A DNA stretch of 64,000 nucleotides from Hyphochytrium catenoides (GCA_900088475.1 FLMG01003710.1:102578-166577); one strand, 5' to 3'. Numbered from the stretch's first letter, positions 23,501 through 36,882 are shown. Notes: generated by a model not told the origin, from the letters alone. Numbers and translations are program-made.

Positions 23501-24437
23501 AAGCCTGGAAAATGCTTTGCCTGAGGCTGCGCAGGGCTACGACTGGTCTTTGCTGTACTGGTAAGGGTAGTGGCAATATAAAGGCTTCCGGGAGAAGCTT
23601 TCCTACCAGTGCTCCCTCATCCGCATTTTGATATCTCATTCCCTTCCTGACCACTTTCATCTACTTGTTACCATCACATCCCCATCTGTTGCTCCGTAGT
23701 ACTGAGACTGATGGCTCTGCGCTGGAGACCATGTACCGAAAGGCTGTGGGTATCTCGCAGTCGATTGTTGTCGTGCAGACAGTGGAAAATGACCTTATTG
23801 GAGCTTACGTGACCGAGAGCTGGAAATCTAAGCCTTACTACTATGGAAACGGGGAAGTTTTCCTTTTCTCTGTCAAACCGTCGCCAGCATCCTTTCAGGT
23901 CTACAGATGGAGTGGAAAGAACTCCTACTTCATGCTCTCCACTGACGACTCTCTTGCATTGGGAGGAGGCGGGAGCTTTGGTCTCTACTTGGTGAGTCAC
24001 GCCGTAGGTTCCTTTCTTCCTCCTCATGTCAGAGTCCTAATCTAGAAGGTGTAAGACGAAACGTTTGGACTTTTCTAGATTCCTTTTGCAAGCAGTGGCA
24101 GGATGTGCCAACTATTTAATGTGTCGCGGTTTCTTCTATTTGTCGTCGCGTGAGGTCCAGGCAGTCAATCTGTCCGGCTTCCCTCAATGGCAATCCTTGG
24201 TGTTTGTTATAAGCTCATGGCCATTCCTCTGTCCTATTGCGATTGTGTCTTCTTGGTCGATCAAACTCGGCTCTACTTTCTGTCTAGCTTACTCATACTC
24301 ACTTCCATCAGGACTGTGACCTCTCTAGTGGTTCATCTGGATCCTGTGAGACTTTTGACTCTCCTAGCCTAGTGGCCCCTAAAGAAGATTTCACGGTTCA
24401 GAGGATTGAGCTCTGGGGGCTCAGAGCGATGGCCTAA
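17576..24437 (+). CDS. Multidomain RUN - RhoGAP(-like) - ELMO/CED-12 - TLDc protein, >20 exons
   Basis: RUN: IEKCLIHGLK, GKARAWIRQSLN, ALDTVEFEF (~17990-18930). RhoGAP: RVFGASL..GVPKFIERAC..QGLFG, VADCLLKFLKETEEPLL, LELPWYNKPVL, SLASALAPVIFR (~19570-21050). ELMO: HVEQLRSIW, WRKCGFSEDPAKDFSQGG..YFIRNYP, FERNWRETNA (~21400-22900). TLDc: WSLLY|CTETDG, IGAY, YYGNGEVFLF, LALGGGGSFGLYL|D..CETF..IELW (~23440-24437). Reading phases are compatible wherever I checked junctions; the junctions at ~22550-22840 are unresolved. Confidence 0.85.
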
Positions 24438-24946
24438 GCCGTAAACACTTCTCTGCTTCCACTCCTTGACTATGAATGTCTCTTAGAGACACGGCGATCC
24501 GTTCCCTAAAGATCAAAAGGGAAGGTACCAAGCACCTTCCGACCCCTAAACTTCATGGCATTTGGCCACGAGCAAGAACGCTCCCGTCCTGTTAGGCCCG
24601 GAAGTATCCGGCTTCAACTCAGCATTTTGAAATAAAGCTTGATGCCAGGTTGATTGAAGTTTGGTCAATGTAGCCTTTCCTGACCCGCAGGCCTAAGCGG
24701 ACCTGAAAAGCATCTCTTATTGCTAAATTAAAGATTCCTCTATAGCCAAAGATTCTGTGGCTCTCAATGTCTCAAGAGAATGAGTTCATCCCTTTTACAA
24801 GCTGGTGTATAAGGGGCACAACTCTAGCACCTTTCTTCAGATCACAAATGAGAAAATGCGAAATGGGGTGACTCCGATGATAGTCCGTAAAGCTTATATC
24901 CATCTTTTTATGTCTATTACTGGGTCGCTAACTCCTCATCGACGTC

Positions 24947-27900
24947 TTAGTCCTCAGCTTCCTCTGCAGCACCCTCAGCTGCAGCTTCCTGGCCTGTAAT
25001 GAGAGAATGAGGAATATAGATTATAAAGAGATTAGTCACACAGACAGAGCAGCATTGGGGTGAGGGCCAATTAGCCTGTGAAACTCACTGTGAAGCGACG
25101 TTAGGAACGTATGGTTACTCACTCTTCGTCTCCGCAACTCTAATATCGTCTTTGGTCAAAGGCGCGGTCACGTCAAGGTAAAAGCAATTGGCCGATAACA
25201 TAGAGACGGATAGTCCCACCCTCTCTGCAACGACAAGACGTATTTTGCGATTAAAAGAGGTAAGTTTTTGTAAGGAAACCGAGACAGGAACAGGCAGAAA
25301 ACAGAGAAGAGAAAGGTCAGCAGCCAATAAAGGGTCGGTATGGTAAGGAAGGCATCTCTTACCAAAGTTCTGAGGCTCTTGAATCGAGATCTCATGGGTG
25401 AACTCCTTGCCCGTAGGATGGATCTGTAAGACATATCCAAGATTGAAGGTAAGTCGTCAGCCTATTGCTGAGGAAAAGGGCAGCATAAGGGCAGCCTCAT
25501 AGCGACATGACCCAACGCATGACAACCGGACAAAAATGGAGGGACGGAGCCATTGAGAAGAAGCGTAGGTCTTATAAGAAACCTTGTCATAAGCAAGAAT
25601 CCTATCTGTTCCCTGCTTTTCTACAATGACCCAATAGAACTCCTTTGTCGCAATCTGTCTAGGGTCCTTCTTGGCGATCGGAAGCTTCGTAAGCACCTTA
25701 TGGCTCTGCTCTCCGTTCTTCATATGGGAAAAAGCGGTCAAACGTTAGATAGGAAGAACGCTGTAAAAAGGATCCACGACCCGGTAGAAGGGAATCGTCA
25801 GCAGCGAGATAAAAGGCAAAGGCTGTACGCTTGAAGTTGCAGGAGAGCGGCGGTCAATCCGACAAGAAGCAAGGGAAACATGAATCCAGGGGCATCATGA
25901 CTAGTTTTGATTAGCGCGACGTGGATATAATGAATTTGGCGTTAAGGTCTAACGTGGATTACTGGAGAGGTGACAAGAGGAGATACCGATACTGCGGAAC
26001 CTCACCTTCAAGTTGTCAGCGACGGATTGGAGCTCAATCACTATCTCTCCATCCTCGTCCTTCCTTCCTGAAACCTTCAGCGTTCTCTGGGGAAGCGTCA
26101 GTGACGCTGACGAGTAAAGACTCCTCTGTACCTCTTCTGTCATGTCCGCATCGTCTGCTAGGGCCAGAAGTACCAGTCTGAGGAAAACAAGAGCAGACGT
26201 GGCTATCTTCTTCTTGTTGAGTTCTAGTGCTGACGAGACCAGTGCCTGCGGGCAAGGTGAACACGAGGAAGGGTGAGTGTGACGGCTTATACCTGAAAAC
26301 ATGAAGCTTTGTCACTCTTGATGCCGTCCACGATGAAAAATTGTACGCACCTCAATGACGTATGGGACCCTCTCGAGAATGGGAGTGGCAAGCGGTTCGA
26401 CTGCGGATGAGGAAAGTAGTTGCGGTTCAGTTGAATGACCGTTAGTAGGTTCTAAGCAGGTTGATGAGAGAGCAAATGGCTGTTCTTGTTGCCATCAAGG
26501 AAAGTTTTCCGTACCTGACGAGAAGATCTCTGGGTGCTTAGACTGGTGCAAGTATGCCGTCAATATTGCTACACAGCGACTAGGAAGGAGTAACGTTAGC
26601 TGCGGAACAACAAGATTGAAGAAGAGCTTGTGGAAGCAGGTAAGGTTCAGCAACGACTTAGAATGAGAAAGACTGTCAAATAAGAAGCACCAGAACGATT
26701 TTCAAGGGGAAAACGCAACTCTACTCACAGCAGCACTGGGTGGGACTTTGCTTTTTTCTTCATGAGTCCAAGCTTCTGCATCTCAGCAATTTTCTCGTCC
26801 AAGAAAACTCGCTGAGGTTTGCTAAAGTTTGCGTAGCGGAGTACTTCCGGCGTCCGCATCACCAAGTCCATGATTTCCTTGCGACTCATGTCAGAACCTA
26901 CGACGAATTAGATTTTATGCCCATGCAGATCTTGCAATCTCTTCATCTAAACTCCCATGCACCCCGTTCCCAAAGGCGTGAAACCCGCTAGCATTATGAC
27001 TTGCCCCCTTCAAAGGTTCTTGTCTCTTGTCTTCGCTCTGTTCCTGACGGCCACACTTACAACCTCCCTTGCTGCGGACGATCTGCGAACTCTGGCAACA
27101 CTACATGGGTCTATATCTACCTAACCGCCCTCTTCCCAAGTAAGTCAGAGGCACTTACGTGATTGCAAAGTCTGTTCAATGAGCATCAAACTCTGCTGAC
27201 TGACAGCGAAGCTCTCTCCATCCTCTCCTCCAGGTCCTTGGTCCTCAGCGGGCTTGCGCCTACCCAGAAAGATGAAGAGCGAGGGGATACCCACTACCAG
27301 TGCGAGCAAATACGATGCTAGCATGTAGGCGTATCGGAAACAAAAAGTTGTATAAAAACAATTTGAAAAAAAGACGGGCCTGCCGTTAGCACTCGGATTA
27401 CATCTGAAGAAAAGGTGCTATAAGAGGTAGAGGTCGCACTGGTGGTATGTTCACATATCCAAACACTGCAGTCAAACAGGGACTGCAGCAACTCAGCTGC
27501 AAATCGTTCGTTCCCATTACCTATAAAGATCTGCTTGACGGTAGCGTGCCTTAAGAAGGATGGCACCCCCAGCGCAACAAGCATTGCCTGTTGACCGTCT
27601 GGGTGTCCATACTTCATCCAATTCGCCTTCGCCTCAAAGTCCGTCAATGTTTCATAAGCCTTAACCAGCCGGGTAAAGATGTGCGCAGCCGTAGCATTGC
27701 CCTAGAAGTAAGCGGGATGTACATAGAGTTTATGAGAGCAATCAAACATTGCCTATTGAAGGGATAGCATGGGAGATTTTCTTCAACCAGCTCATGCGAC
27801 CAAGTTCAGCAGGATGAGATGAATTGTGGGACTAATAACTATAGGTAGTGAGAAATGACAATAGACAACAGATGCCGTCGATGCTAAGTAGGGAGAAGGT

Positions 27901-28488
27901 GAAGAGGAAGGTTGAATTATTGGAGAAGGCGGAGATGAGCCTACGGGATTCTTATCTGGATGGTAGGTTCGGCTCAGTTTCCGGTAAGTCTTCTTGATAT
28001 GTGCCATACTATCGGTGTCTGTCACACCCAGAATCTGGTAAGGATCAAAGCCTTCAGTGGTCTGCTCCTGAATGAACTGGATTCCATGGACCAAAGCCCA
28101 CCACGCCACTACCAGGCCCTAGACCATGAGCGAAGGGGGACCGTATACAGCAGGTTAGCAGCAGCAGGTAAGCAAGTAGTATGGAGATAACCTAGGTTAT
28201 CCCTCTTTGATCGAAAGAAGGCAGATGACTCACCACCAGGTTAAGGATAAAGAGTCCAGAGAACTTCGACGGCGGCTTCTGACCATATCGTGGAGCCTTT
28301 ATCTCTTCCGTCTTCCTGGTGATTCTTTTACATGAGAGCATATGAGCCATAAATCCAGGGCTCCAAAATGAGAGTGCCAGGTACCTCTTAAAGGAGTATA
28401 TGGTAGATGGGACAGCGTAGAGAGCTATCATGACCACCGCAAACATGTAGAAGCCAAGGTCCTCGTTGAGATCCTTTGCCTTCGCCAT
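24947..28488 (-). CDS. SEC63: ER translocon J-domain protein Sec63
   Basis: N-terminal TMs; J-domain FDPYQILGV..IKKTYRKLSRTYHPDKNP|..LVKAYETLTD..NWMKYGHPDGQQ..ALGVP; third TM; Sec63/Brl-type C-terminal exons (EFYWVIVEKQGTDRIL..); acidic end ..GAAEEAED* at 24947. Confidence 0.92.
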
Positions 28489-28563
28489 CGTTGCAACGTC
28501 CTCCCTGCCAGTGGAGAGTTATCGCAGTACTCTCGTCTGCCGACTCCAAGCGCGCGCTTAGCG

Positions 28564-28872
28564 ATGTTCTCTATCAGCGGCGGCGAAGGCCTGGTTGCAC
28601 ACTTGCCGCTTGTTGCTCGAAGTAAGTATCTCTCTACGATCAGGAGCTGGCTCTACGACGAGCTCCAGGGCCTGTTGTTGAACTCTGTGCTTGAAGGTGG
28701 ACGACGGACGGTCAAGAATCCTGAGAGCTTCATCTTCATGAAGCAAAAGATCTGGGCAGAGAATCAGATCCAAGTAATCAATCCCTTAGGACTGCACGTC
28801 GGAAGCTGCTGGTTATCACTCAGATGTGACATTAGCTCATTTTCAGAGGAAGTGTGTGTAATGACACGATGA
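28564..28872 (+). CDS. Small hypothetical ORF/exon head-to-head with SEC63
   Basis: ATG 75 bp from the SEC63 start, GC3-rich codons, possible donor caa|gtaatc at ~28774. I could not join it in frame to the downstream ankyrin gene. Confidence 0.25.
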   Translation: MFSISGGEGLVAHLPLVARSKYLSTIRSWLYDELQGLLLNSVLEGGRRTVKNPESFIFMKQKIWAENQIQVINPLGLHVGSCWLSLRCDISSFSEEVCVMTR

Positions 28873-29330
28873 TCTGGTGACCATAAAACGGACATGTCAA
28901 TTCTTGTAAAACCGAAGCCATTTTGGCAACAGACAAAGTTGACAATGCCCTTTGTTCACTGCAGGGACCACATGGCTATTTTGACAAGTGCGAATTTACA
29001 TTGACCCTGTCTGCGGCTCATGTGTAGATTATGAAGCGGCATGGAAGCTGATGGTGGAAGGGATGGAGTTCGGCCTTCAGAAAAGGACGATGAGAAGCTT
29101 CATTAAGGGCAACGACAAAGGCCCAAGGGCTGATCGGAGCCGCCCGAGCTGGCCCATATCATCAGAGTTCTGGGAAAGAGTAGGAGGGGGCAGGGGACAA
29201 GATGCTCGCGTTGCAGATCGTTATCATGCCGCGTCTGCTCCTCTTGGCTTGATGAGGCGTCAATGGAAGAATCCGACGATTCTTCGATGAGTGAGAGGGA
29301 GGGCTAGGTTCCTGCTGAAAGAAGTAAATT

Positions 29331-32300
29331 ATGGCAGGTTCCGATCGCGAGCGGGCACGAAGGGCTAATGCTTTCGTGGAAGCAGCAGCAGCTAATCATG
29401 AGAAGGAAGTCGTCATCCTCTATAAGCGTAAGGCTTGAATGCAGGAGCTTTAGTCTTGATTGGTCCAATAGAGGTTCCTCCTGCTGCTGCTCGGTTTCCA
29501 CCCTCTCTCTTCATTGTATCCCTGGTTTCTATTCTAAAAAAAGTTCACCACCCTTCAGCGCCCGTTTAGATCTCGATCTTACCTGATCTTGTCACAGAAC
29601 AAGGCTTCTCCATCAATGACACCCATGAGCTGTTGGGCTACTCGGCGTTGCATGCTGCCTCTGTGTTCGGGCACGAAAAGATTGTAAAGTGGCTGCTGAA
29701 GCAAGAAGAGATAGATGTCAACGTTATCAACAGGAAAGATGGCTGCACTCCTCTTCACTATGCAGCAGCGGCTACGTCACCGTTGGTTATCATGATGCTC
29801 CTGGATAACGGTGCTGACAGGCTAATTAAAGACAAAAGGTGTGGAAGTCTTACATCTCTCAAGGGCTTGATTTCTTTTGCAAGGATTGTCCTCCTTGCGT
29901 ACTTTCTCTTCTGGACTTCTTGACAGTTCTTTATCAGATTGCTTTACATACTCCGAGCGTAATTAGCGTAAGTCTCTGAAGCTCTTTGTAAAGAATATTT
30001 ATTGTTTCCTTCCGTGATCTCTTTAAGGGGAAGAACCGCGTTGGACACTGCTCTCGCGCAGGTGAAACCGGAACTAGTCAAGCTTCTTCGAGTTCTCCCT
30101 GCCAGTCCCCAAAATCTTGCTGTTCTCTCCAGCTCTGAGCGAGGATTCTTCCTTACATGGACACCCCCTGATTACAACGAATCATCAATAGACTTTCATG
30201 AGTTGCATTTCAGAGCTGTCCTTGATGAAGAGCACAGAACGCCAGATGAAGAAGAAGAAAGCGGAAAGGACCCGTGGACTGTCTGGAACATGACGGCCAG
30301 TAGCCATTACACCTCTTCAGGAGAGGTAAGCCCTCGAAGGCTGTTTACGTAACCAAAGCTCTGCAGCTTTCTTCCGCCACCTGCCCGATACGCTCAAGTC
30401 CCATGTTTTTCTCGTGTTCTCCATAATCTGGCTTGATAAGAGTAACGCCTCTTATTAGCGGCAAATTTTCCAACAGTAGCGCTTAGCTCATGTCTCAATA
30501 ATAGCGTTTGTTCTCATTTCTTGCCTTCCTCAACTCACTTCTGCCACTCTCACGATTAACAAACAGATAGACGTTTTACATCCATACAAGGGCTACGAGC
30601 TCCGACTCAGGGCCCATAATGCTGCCGGTTTTGGTCCCTTTTCATCATCAATCTTTGCATTCACCTCTCCCTCAGTTCCGGACCAGCCGGAGAAGCTCAG
30701 GGCGCTGTCCTCGCTAGGCCGTAGCGTACTGTTATGCTGGGAGGTCGCTGCTAGTAATGGGAGTAATGTCGACTGCTATGAGTTGGTGTATTATCATACG
30801 CACCAAAACTCAGCTGGGGAGGAAGAGCTAAGTAAGTGTGCTTTCTCGGCCTTTCCTATCATCTCCCGCTTGTTTCATATCGGCCTCGCTTACTACCTGA
30901 ACTTGCTGTGTTGCTTCATTTTATCCTTCGAATGCGCCTTGATCAGCCCAGGTAAAGACGACTCTCACAGTTAAGGATGACACGTTCTTAGTAAGCGGAC
31001 TAGGCCAATCTCATATGTATAGGTAAAGGCACTTCGATAGTTGAGCAGTCTTTTACTGAGCTTTGACTGAAATCCTCAAGCCTAAGCAATCCTCCACTGT
31101 GCTAGATTTCAGGTCCGTGCCCACAACAGCTACGGCTGGAGTGAATTTTCGGATGTGCTAGAAGTCAGAACCGCAGGTGGGTTCCGTCCTTCAAATATCC
31201 TGAAGCGCGGAAGGACATGACTTGTTGCTTTCCCTTTATAATGCCCATGCTAGACCCTCCCTCCATCTGCTCACTCGCCAGTAGGAGTGTGACGTTGCGC
31301 TGGGCAAGGATGAAGGGTATGGACGGAGGAAAGTTAAGCTCGTTCGCAGTATCACAAACGGTCGTTTCTGAGGTAGCAAGGGCACTAACTATATTTCTTC
31401 ACTAGTCTTACAGCTACTACTTCTCTTCTTCTTTCCCTTGCACTCTCTCAATTGGTCTAGGGCCCCACTTTCTCTGAAGTAGTTTCTTTCCCTTTGCTTT
31501 CATAGGAGAGTTTATAGCCATGGGTTCACTCTTCCAGCTGTTTTCCCCGATTATCCACTTCCACTGACTAACGATTTAGGATTCTATTCCGCTATATAAG
31601 GAGCTCAGAGGAACTTCCACTACTATTCCCTGCAACTTCGAGCTTATTAGCATAAGCGAAGATCTGCTCGAGATAGCTGTAAAGGACTTGATACCTGCAA
31701 CGGCCTATGTTTTCTACCTGCAAGGGAAAGAAGAGCGGGAAGGACAAGAGGCTGCATTGTTTCCGTCCCTCAATGATTGCACGATGACCGAAGTCATTAG
31801 GACTAACGGTGGGACTTCTATCACTCGACATCATTGCCTTGTCTTTGTCTTCCGATGTCTCTTTTGTAACCATGTATGAGCTACTTGCCTTCTAGCGTGA
31901 TATTTCCGGCTCTCAAGGGGACTTAAGAATGTAGCTTTCTCACCTTCAAAATTCGCTTTGCGAGTACGGAAGCCCCCACTTCTGCCCGTACTGCCCTTCT
32001 TCCCACTGTTCACTTCATAATCAATCCTTGTCCTAATTCTTCAATGCTAACTATTATGAGCTCCCTGTCCTTGATTGGCTCTAATTTATGGGCTCAGCTT
32101 CAGTCACCTCCATGTTGAGGTCTAACAATAACCTGATTATGTCTTTGGCCGCTTAGATGATTGTCCCGAGGCACCCTATTCCCTAGCGCTTGGTTCTTTA
32201 GGACCACGTTCCCTGGTCTTAAACTGGACATCTCCGCGGTGTAATGGACAACCAGTTGATAGCTTTGAGTTAATGCTAAGAGAAACCGACATAGAGAAGT

Positions 32301-35300
32301 ATTGTGAAGACCGAGAGGGTAAGAAGGCAATTGCTAGGAGACCGAGCTTAGAAAAACCGCCAAAGCGGCACCCCTGGATGACCCTAAAGAGAGGGAGTGC
32401 TTCGAGGTAACCTACTAAGTGATTCGATTGATGTAACGTGCCACTTTTTCTGTCCTCAGAAGATCCAAAAGCTTGGAAGAGCATTGAAAGGAGTATTGTC
32501 AAGCAGCAACACCGGGTATGAAAGTCCCGTGCCTCTAATCTAGCACGAATGCTTTGCTTCCAGTCCCCTTCGTTTTCTCACTGGGCCGTTCCGAATTCTT
32601 ATACGTTTGCGACATAGGTTGGAGGGCTCGTTGGTTCCTGCGAGTACAGCCTGAAAGTTAGGGCTCATAACGCACTGGGTTGGGGAAACTTCAGCTCAGA
32701 ACTCACGGTCACAACTGAACGTAAGGCCCGTCTGACTTAATGAGCCCATTTGGCTATTTCCACCGCCAACTTGCGATGACGTCTTTTTCTTGAGGACCTT
32801 TGTATCTCACCAACTCGTTAGACTAAAGTAACCAACCATCTCATATCTCCGGTTGACTCCGCCTGTGTAAAGTTTGTCGATGTTGGTCGAAGTAGAGCTT
32901 ACTCTTTGTACGCAGTCTGGTTAAATGTTGTATCGTCTTACTCATACCGCTGTCTTGTATGTCACAGCGGATGTCCCTTGTCGACCCTTTGGGCTGCGGT
33001 TGCTAGAGTCAGGCTCTACCTTTCTTCGAGTTCAATGGCGAGAGCCCTGGTCTTGCGGGTCTTCCATTGAAAAGTTCGACTCGAGGATAGGCTGCGAACG
33101 GAGGGAGGATGAGGACGGCGACCCCAGGTTATAAATGCCGCTAGACTGGGCCAGAATGATTGGGCCTCTAGGATCACTGTCCTGCCTCATGTCTTGTTTA
33201 GAATTACTGCTGTGCGTGCACCCTCCCCATGTCTAACTTGCTTTCACCTCAACCACTAGGTACTGGGTGGACAGGCTACCGACGGTCGCCACCGACTCAT
33301 CGCAGCTAGAACGCTTGCTGTACACGGTCGAGAACGCGAGTCAGATAAGGAGGAAACCTGGAAAGTGGAGACCAGATGGGCCTGTACACAAACAGATCAC
33401 TACTGAGGAGATGGTCCTTACGAACCTCCTGCCAGCAACGGACTACTTCTTCTTTGTAAGGCAGATTAAAAGAATACCGAACCTTGGCGAGACACGACCA
33501 GATGCCAGAACCTCTGCGTCGAAGGACCTCTGCGCACATGCCTTTTCTGTCCATGGCGCCAAATTCTTGACCTTTCTCTCATCTGACTCCGCAGCTAAGC
33601 AGTGGTTCCTTATCTTGACCCTAAATGAGCAACAATAACTGCTCCCATGCTTGGTGTTGTGCGCCTTTTGTGTCTTTCTATCCTTGGCCCCGCGTTTTGC
33701 CTTGCTTACCCTATTTTCCCAGATACGGGCGAAGAACCGCTTGGGATGGGGTGACTTCAGCCCTTTAACTAGCAGCTTTACGACTGCCCGTAAGTTCATA
33801 GGCCCGCTTTTCTCTATTGTATCCCTAAATGGGACGGTACTCATTTCATCTTAATACTTTATTGAGTTGTCTTACTTGTTGGTATAAACACCTTGATTTA
33901 GCTTCCCCGTATTCACCCCTCCCGATAGCCTCCTGCCCTCTCCCTCCTCGCTCTATATCCGCTCTGTCTATAGAGAAGCGCTCCATGACTCTTTCATGGT
34001 CCTGTTGTCGGCCTTGTGGTTCTCCCGTGAAGGAATGCGAGGTCAGAGTGTACCAGGTCACAGAAACAACGGTAAAGAGACCTTCAGCTTCCTCTATAGC
34101 TTTTCCTGGCTGCCCATGACGACGCAACGTTCATTAAAAAAAATTAAGGACCTGGAGCTAGTGAAGACGGATACGGTGACGGTCAATGCAGAACAGACCG
34201 GACAAGACGGCGCTCAGCGGAAGTATAAAGCCGGTGAACTCATCCCAGGGATCGGCTATGCCTTTTCTGTCCGTGCTCGGAATGCATTGGGATGGGGCGA
34301 GTGGAGCTTACCGGGGAGCAGCCCTATATTGTACACTCTACGTACGGCGACCTGTCCTTGATTAGCACCGTTCTTGACCGTTTCCATTTTAGCCCTCCAA
34401 ATCTCTTCAAGATCCGCAACGTTTCCGTTCTAGCACTCTAACCTTCCTTCAAGATCCGCAACTTTGGTCCTTGCAGTTCCTTCATTCTCGTCTAACAGTG
34501 TTTAGCGGACCGTCTCTGGTGCCTCATACAACCAAGCCCTGAAGATCTTGCTTCTCTTCCCAAATCCAGCTGACTGCCCCGATGCTCCTGGGAGTTTACA
34601 TGGACAAGGACTTTCCCCAACAACCATCCTGCTAAGCTGGACAAAGCCCAGTGCTAATGGTAGCACTATCGACAGGTGTTGTTGCAAAACTGCTCTCCGC
34701 CACACTCGGCTGCAACTTCAAGGATTTTCTGTTCACCTTCCTATCATCATTTTGGGCTGTGTCCTTCCTTGCGGTTCACCTTCTAAAGTACGAACATGGC
34801 GCCTTGCCTAGTGCTACCCTATTCTCTATTCGTCCCCATTGATGATCCTCCCACTTTTCCCTTACGGACAGATATGAGATATCTACCTTACTGGCCATGG
34901 AACCTCATGAGGAGTCCCTCAAAGAAGGCGAAAGGAGATTAGCACAGAAAGTGGCCGAAGAAAAGAATATGGAAAGGATAGAGGTCCAGGATGCGCCAAG
35001 GGAGACAGAGTTTCACGCAGAACACCAAAATAGCGCAACCAACCATGGATCAAAGAGAGCGAGCAGCAAAGAGTCAACCGAAGAGTGGATCGTCTATCAG
35101 AACAATGTCCCGAAGCATCGCACTCAGCAAGAAGTGGATGGCCTACTTCCAGGCCGTGCTTACTTCCTTCGCATTAGAGCGCGAAACCGGCTCGGCTGGG
35201 GCCCATATGCTGTCTGTTCTTCAGCCATTGAAACGCTTGGTATATACCTCTCTACTGCCGATCTCTCGATTTGGAGTCCTGCGTTTATGTAAGAGGTCGC

Positions 35301-36882
35301 ACGCCGTGTTTGCTTCAAGACAAGGGAACACTTTTCTGAACGACCGTCATCTCGCTTTCTTAACCTCCTCGCTTTGGTCTTTCCCATCCTTTCATTCCAT
35401 GGACATCATCTCTTTCGAAGTTAACCTCATCCTCGCTGTGACAAGATTCCAAACTCAAATCGACCTCTAGGGACAAAGCCTGGCCGCATACTCCGCATCA
35501 AAGTCGAGTCGGTTGATGACTCCTGCCTGCAACTTCGCTGGGAACCTCCGGAGTCCAATGGTCTCCCCATAGAAGCTTATGAAGTTCAGTGTAGGAGGGG
35601 CAACGAGGATTGGGAAAGGTATGGCGGGATGCATGCGATAAGGATCACGTAACTTCTCAGATACCACAGCCACAGATACGGAAAAAGGGATATATCGTGA
35701 GCGGGGAGGCGTTATACTTTAAGGAAGATGTTCCCCTACGTGGAGTCAAGTTGCTGACGCGGACTGCGATTATTCTCTTCTTCTTGCTCTTTTCACGTAG
35801 CATTGATGCTCAGGTCTCGTCACCCATGATTTCTATCTCTCGCCTCAACGGCCTTTCACTGTTTGGGGGCTGGCGCCATAGCGTGAGGGTGCGTGGTAGG
35901 AACAGGGCTGGGTGGGGTCTCTATAATGAGGACGAGGATGGGGAGAGCGTGGAGGTGCTGCTACCAGGTAGGCCTTCCCATTTTCCCTAGTTGCATATCT
36001 GCTTCCTTCATACTCTTTTACCGTTATTCTTCTTCTCTTCGTGGTGTTCACTATGTAATGATGACCTTCATATTCATGTGTGTCTCGCTTCCTTTTCATA
36101 AACTGGGATCCGACTCGCAGTTATGCCAGCGTTTGCTTTGGAACATTTACTCTTCTCGCCTTGCGGCCCTATCACTACTCTGTTACTAGATTCTATATGG
36201 GGAGATCATCAACATCGTGCCATCTGGCTCCCATCCTTGCATAAGGCTTTTTGAAGTTGTTCTTTATCACCTCCTGAATCGTTCCGACTTCTGAACAATT
36301 TCCCTACTTCCCTTTACTTTTGACGTTTATCGATTTTGCAGCTGACACTGCCCTCTCGCCGTGGTTATGTTCTCTCTGTTGGTTATAAATATCGAAGAAA
36401 CACCTCCTTGGGCCCCGCAACAGCTCCGCGCAGTGGACGTTACCTCTACCGCAGTGACTCTTGGGTGGGATCCCCCTATCCATGACGGAGGAAACTCTAT
36501 AAAGCGCTATGAGTTGCAGCGAAGGAAAGTTGGCCGGGAGGAATCTGTGGAGGAGAGAGTGAGGCGGAAACTCTCTGGGGGTCGGAATACCGGGAAAGAG
36601 ACCATCCCTGACAAAGACAGCAATCACAGTCCCTACAATGAAGAAAAGTTAAAGCGAAGACCAGGGCATGACACTTTAGAAGGAGGAGAGGCACGAGATC
36701 TGCTGGACGAAGAGATTGGGTGGGAGAGTATCAACACGAATATCCAGCCAGCCACCCTGCTCTATATTGTCTTCGACCTCAAGTTTGACCTTTATCAATT
36801 TAGAGTCAGAGCTTTCAGTGACAAAGGTGCAGGGGACTTCAGTTTGCCAACTGAGGGACTGAGGTGCCATCGACGTTTCTAG
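29331..36882 (+). CDS. Ankyrin-repeat + nine fibronectin type III domain protein (no signal peptide or TM seen)
   Basis: MAGSDRE..AFVEAAAANHEKEV, GYSALHAASVFGHEKIVKWLL, GCTPLHYAA, GRTALDTA. Then nine FN3 units of the type P..P..L..W..P..NG..I..Y..L.P...Y..RVRA.N..GWG.FS (e.g. LRAHNAAGFGPFS, VRAHNSYGWSEFS, VRAHNALGWGNFS, IRAKNRLGWGDFS, VRARNALGWGEWS, IRARNRLGWGPY, VRGRNRAGWGLY, VRAFSDKGAGDFS). Unit 3 is divergent. Confidence 0.88.

Noticed and set aside
36050-36300. Intronic box C (ATGATGA) suggesting a C/D snoRNA
   Set aside because: The nearest CTGA is more than 200 nt away, with no terminal stem or guide that I can recognise.
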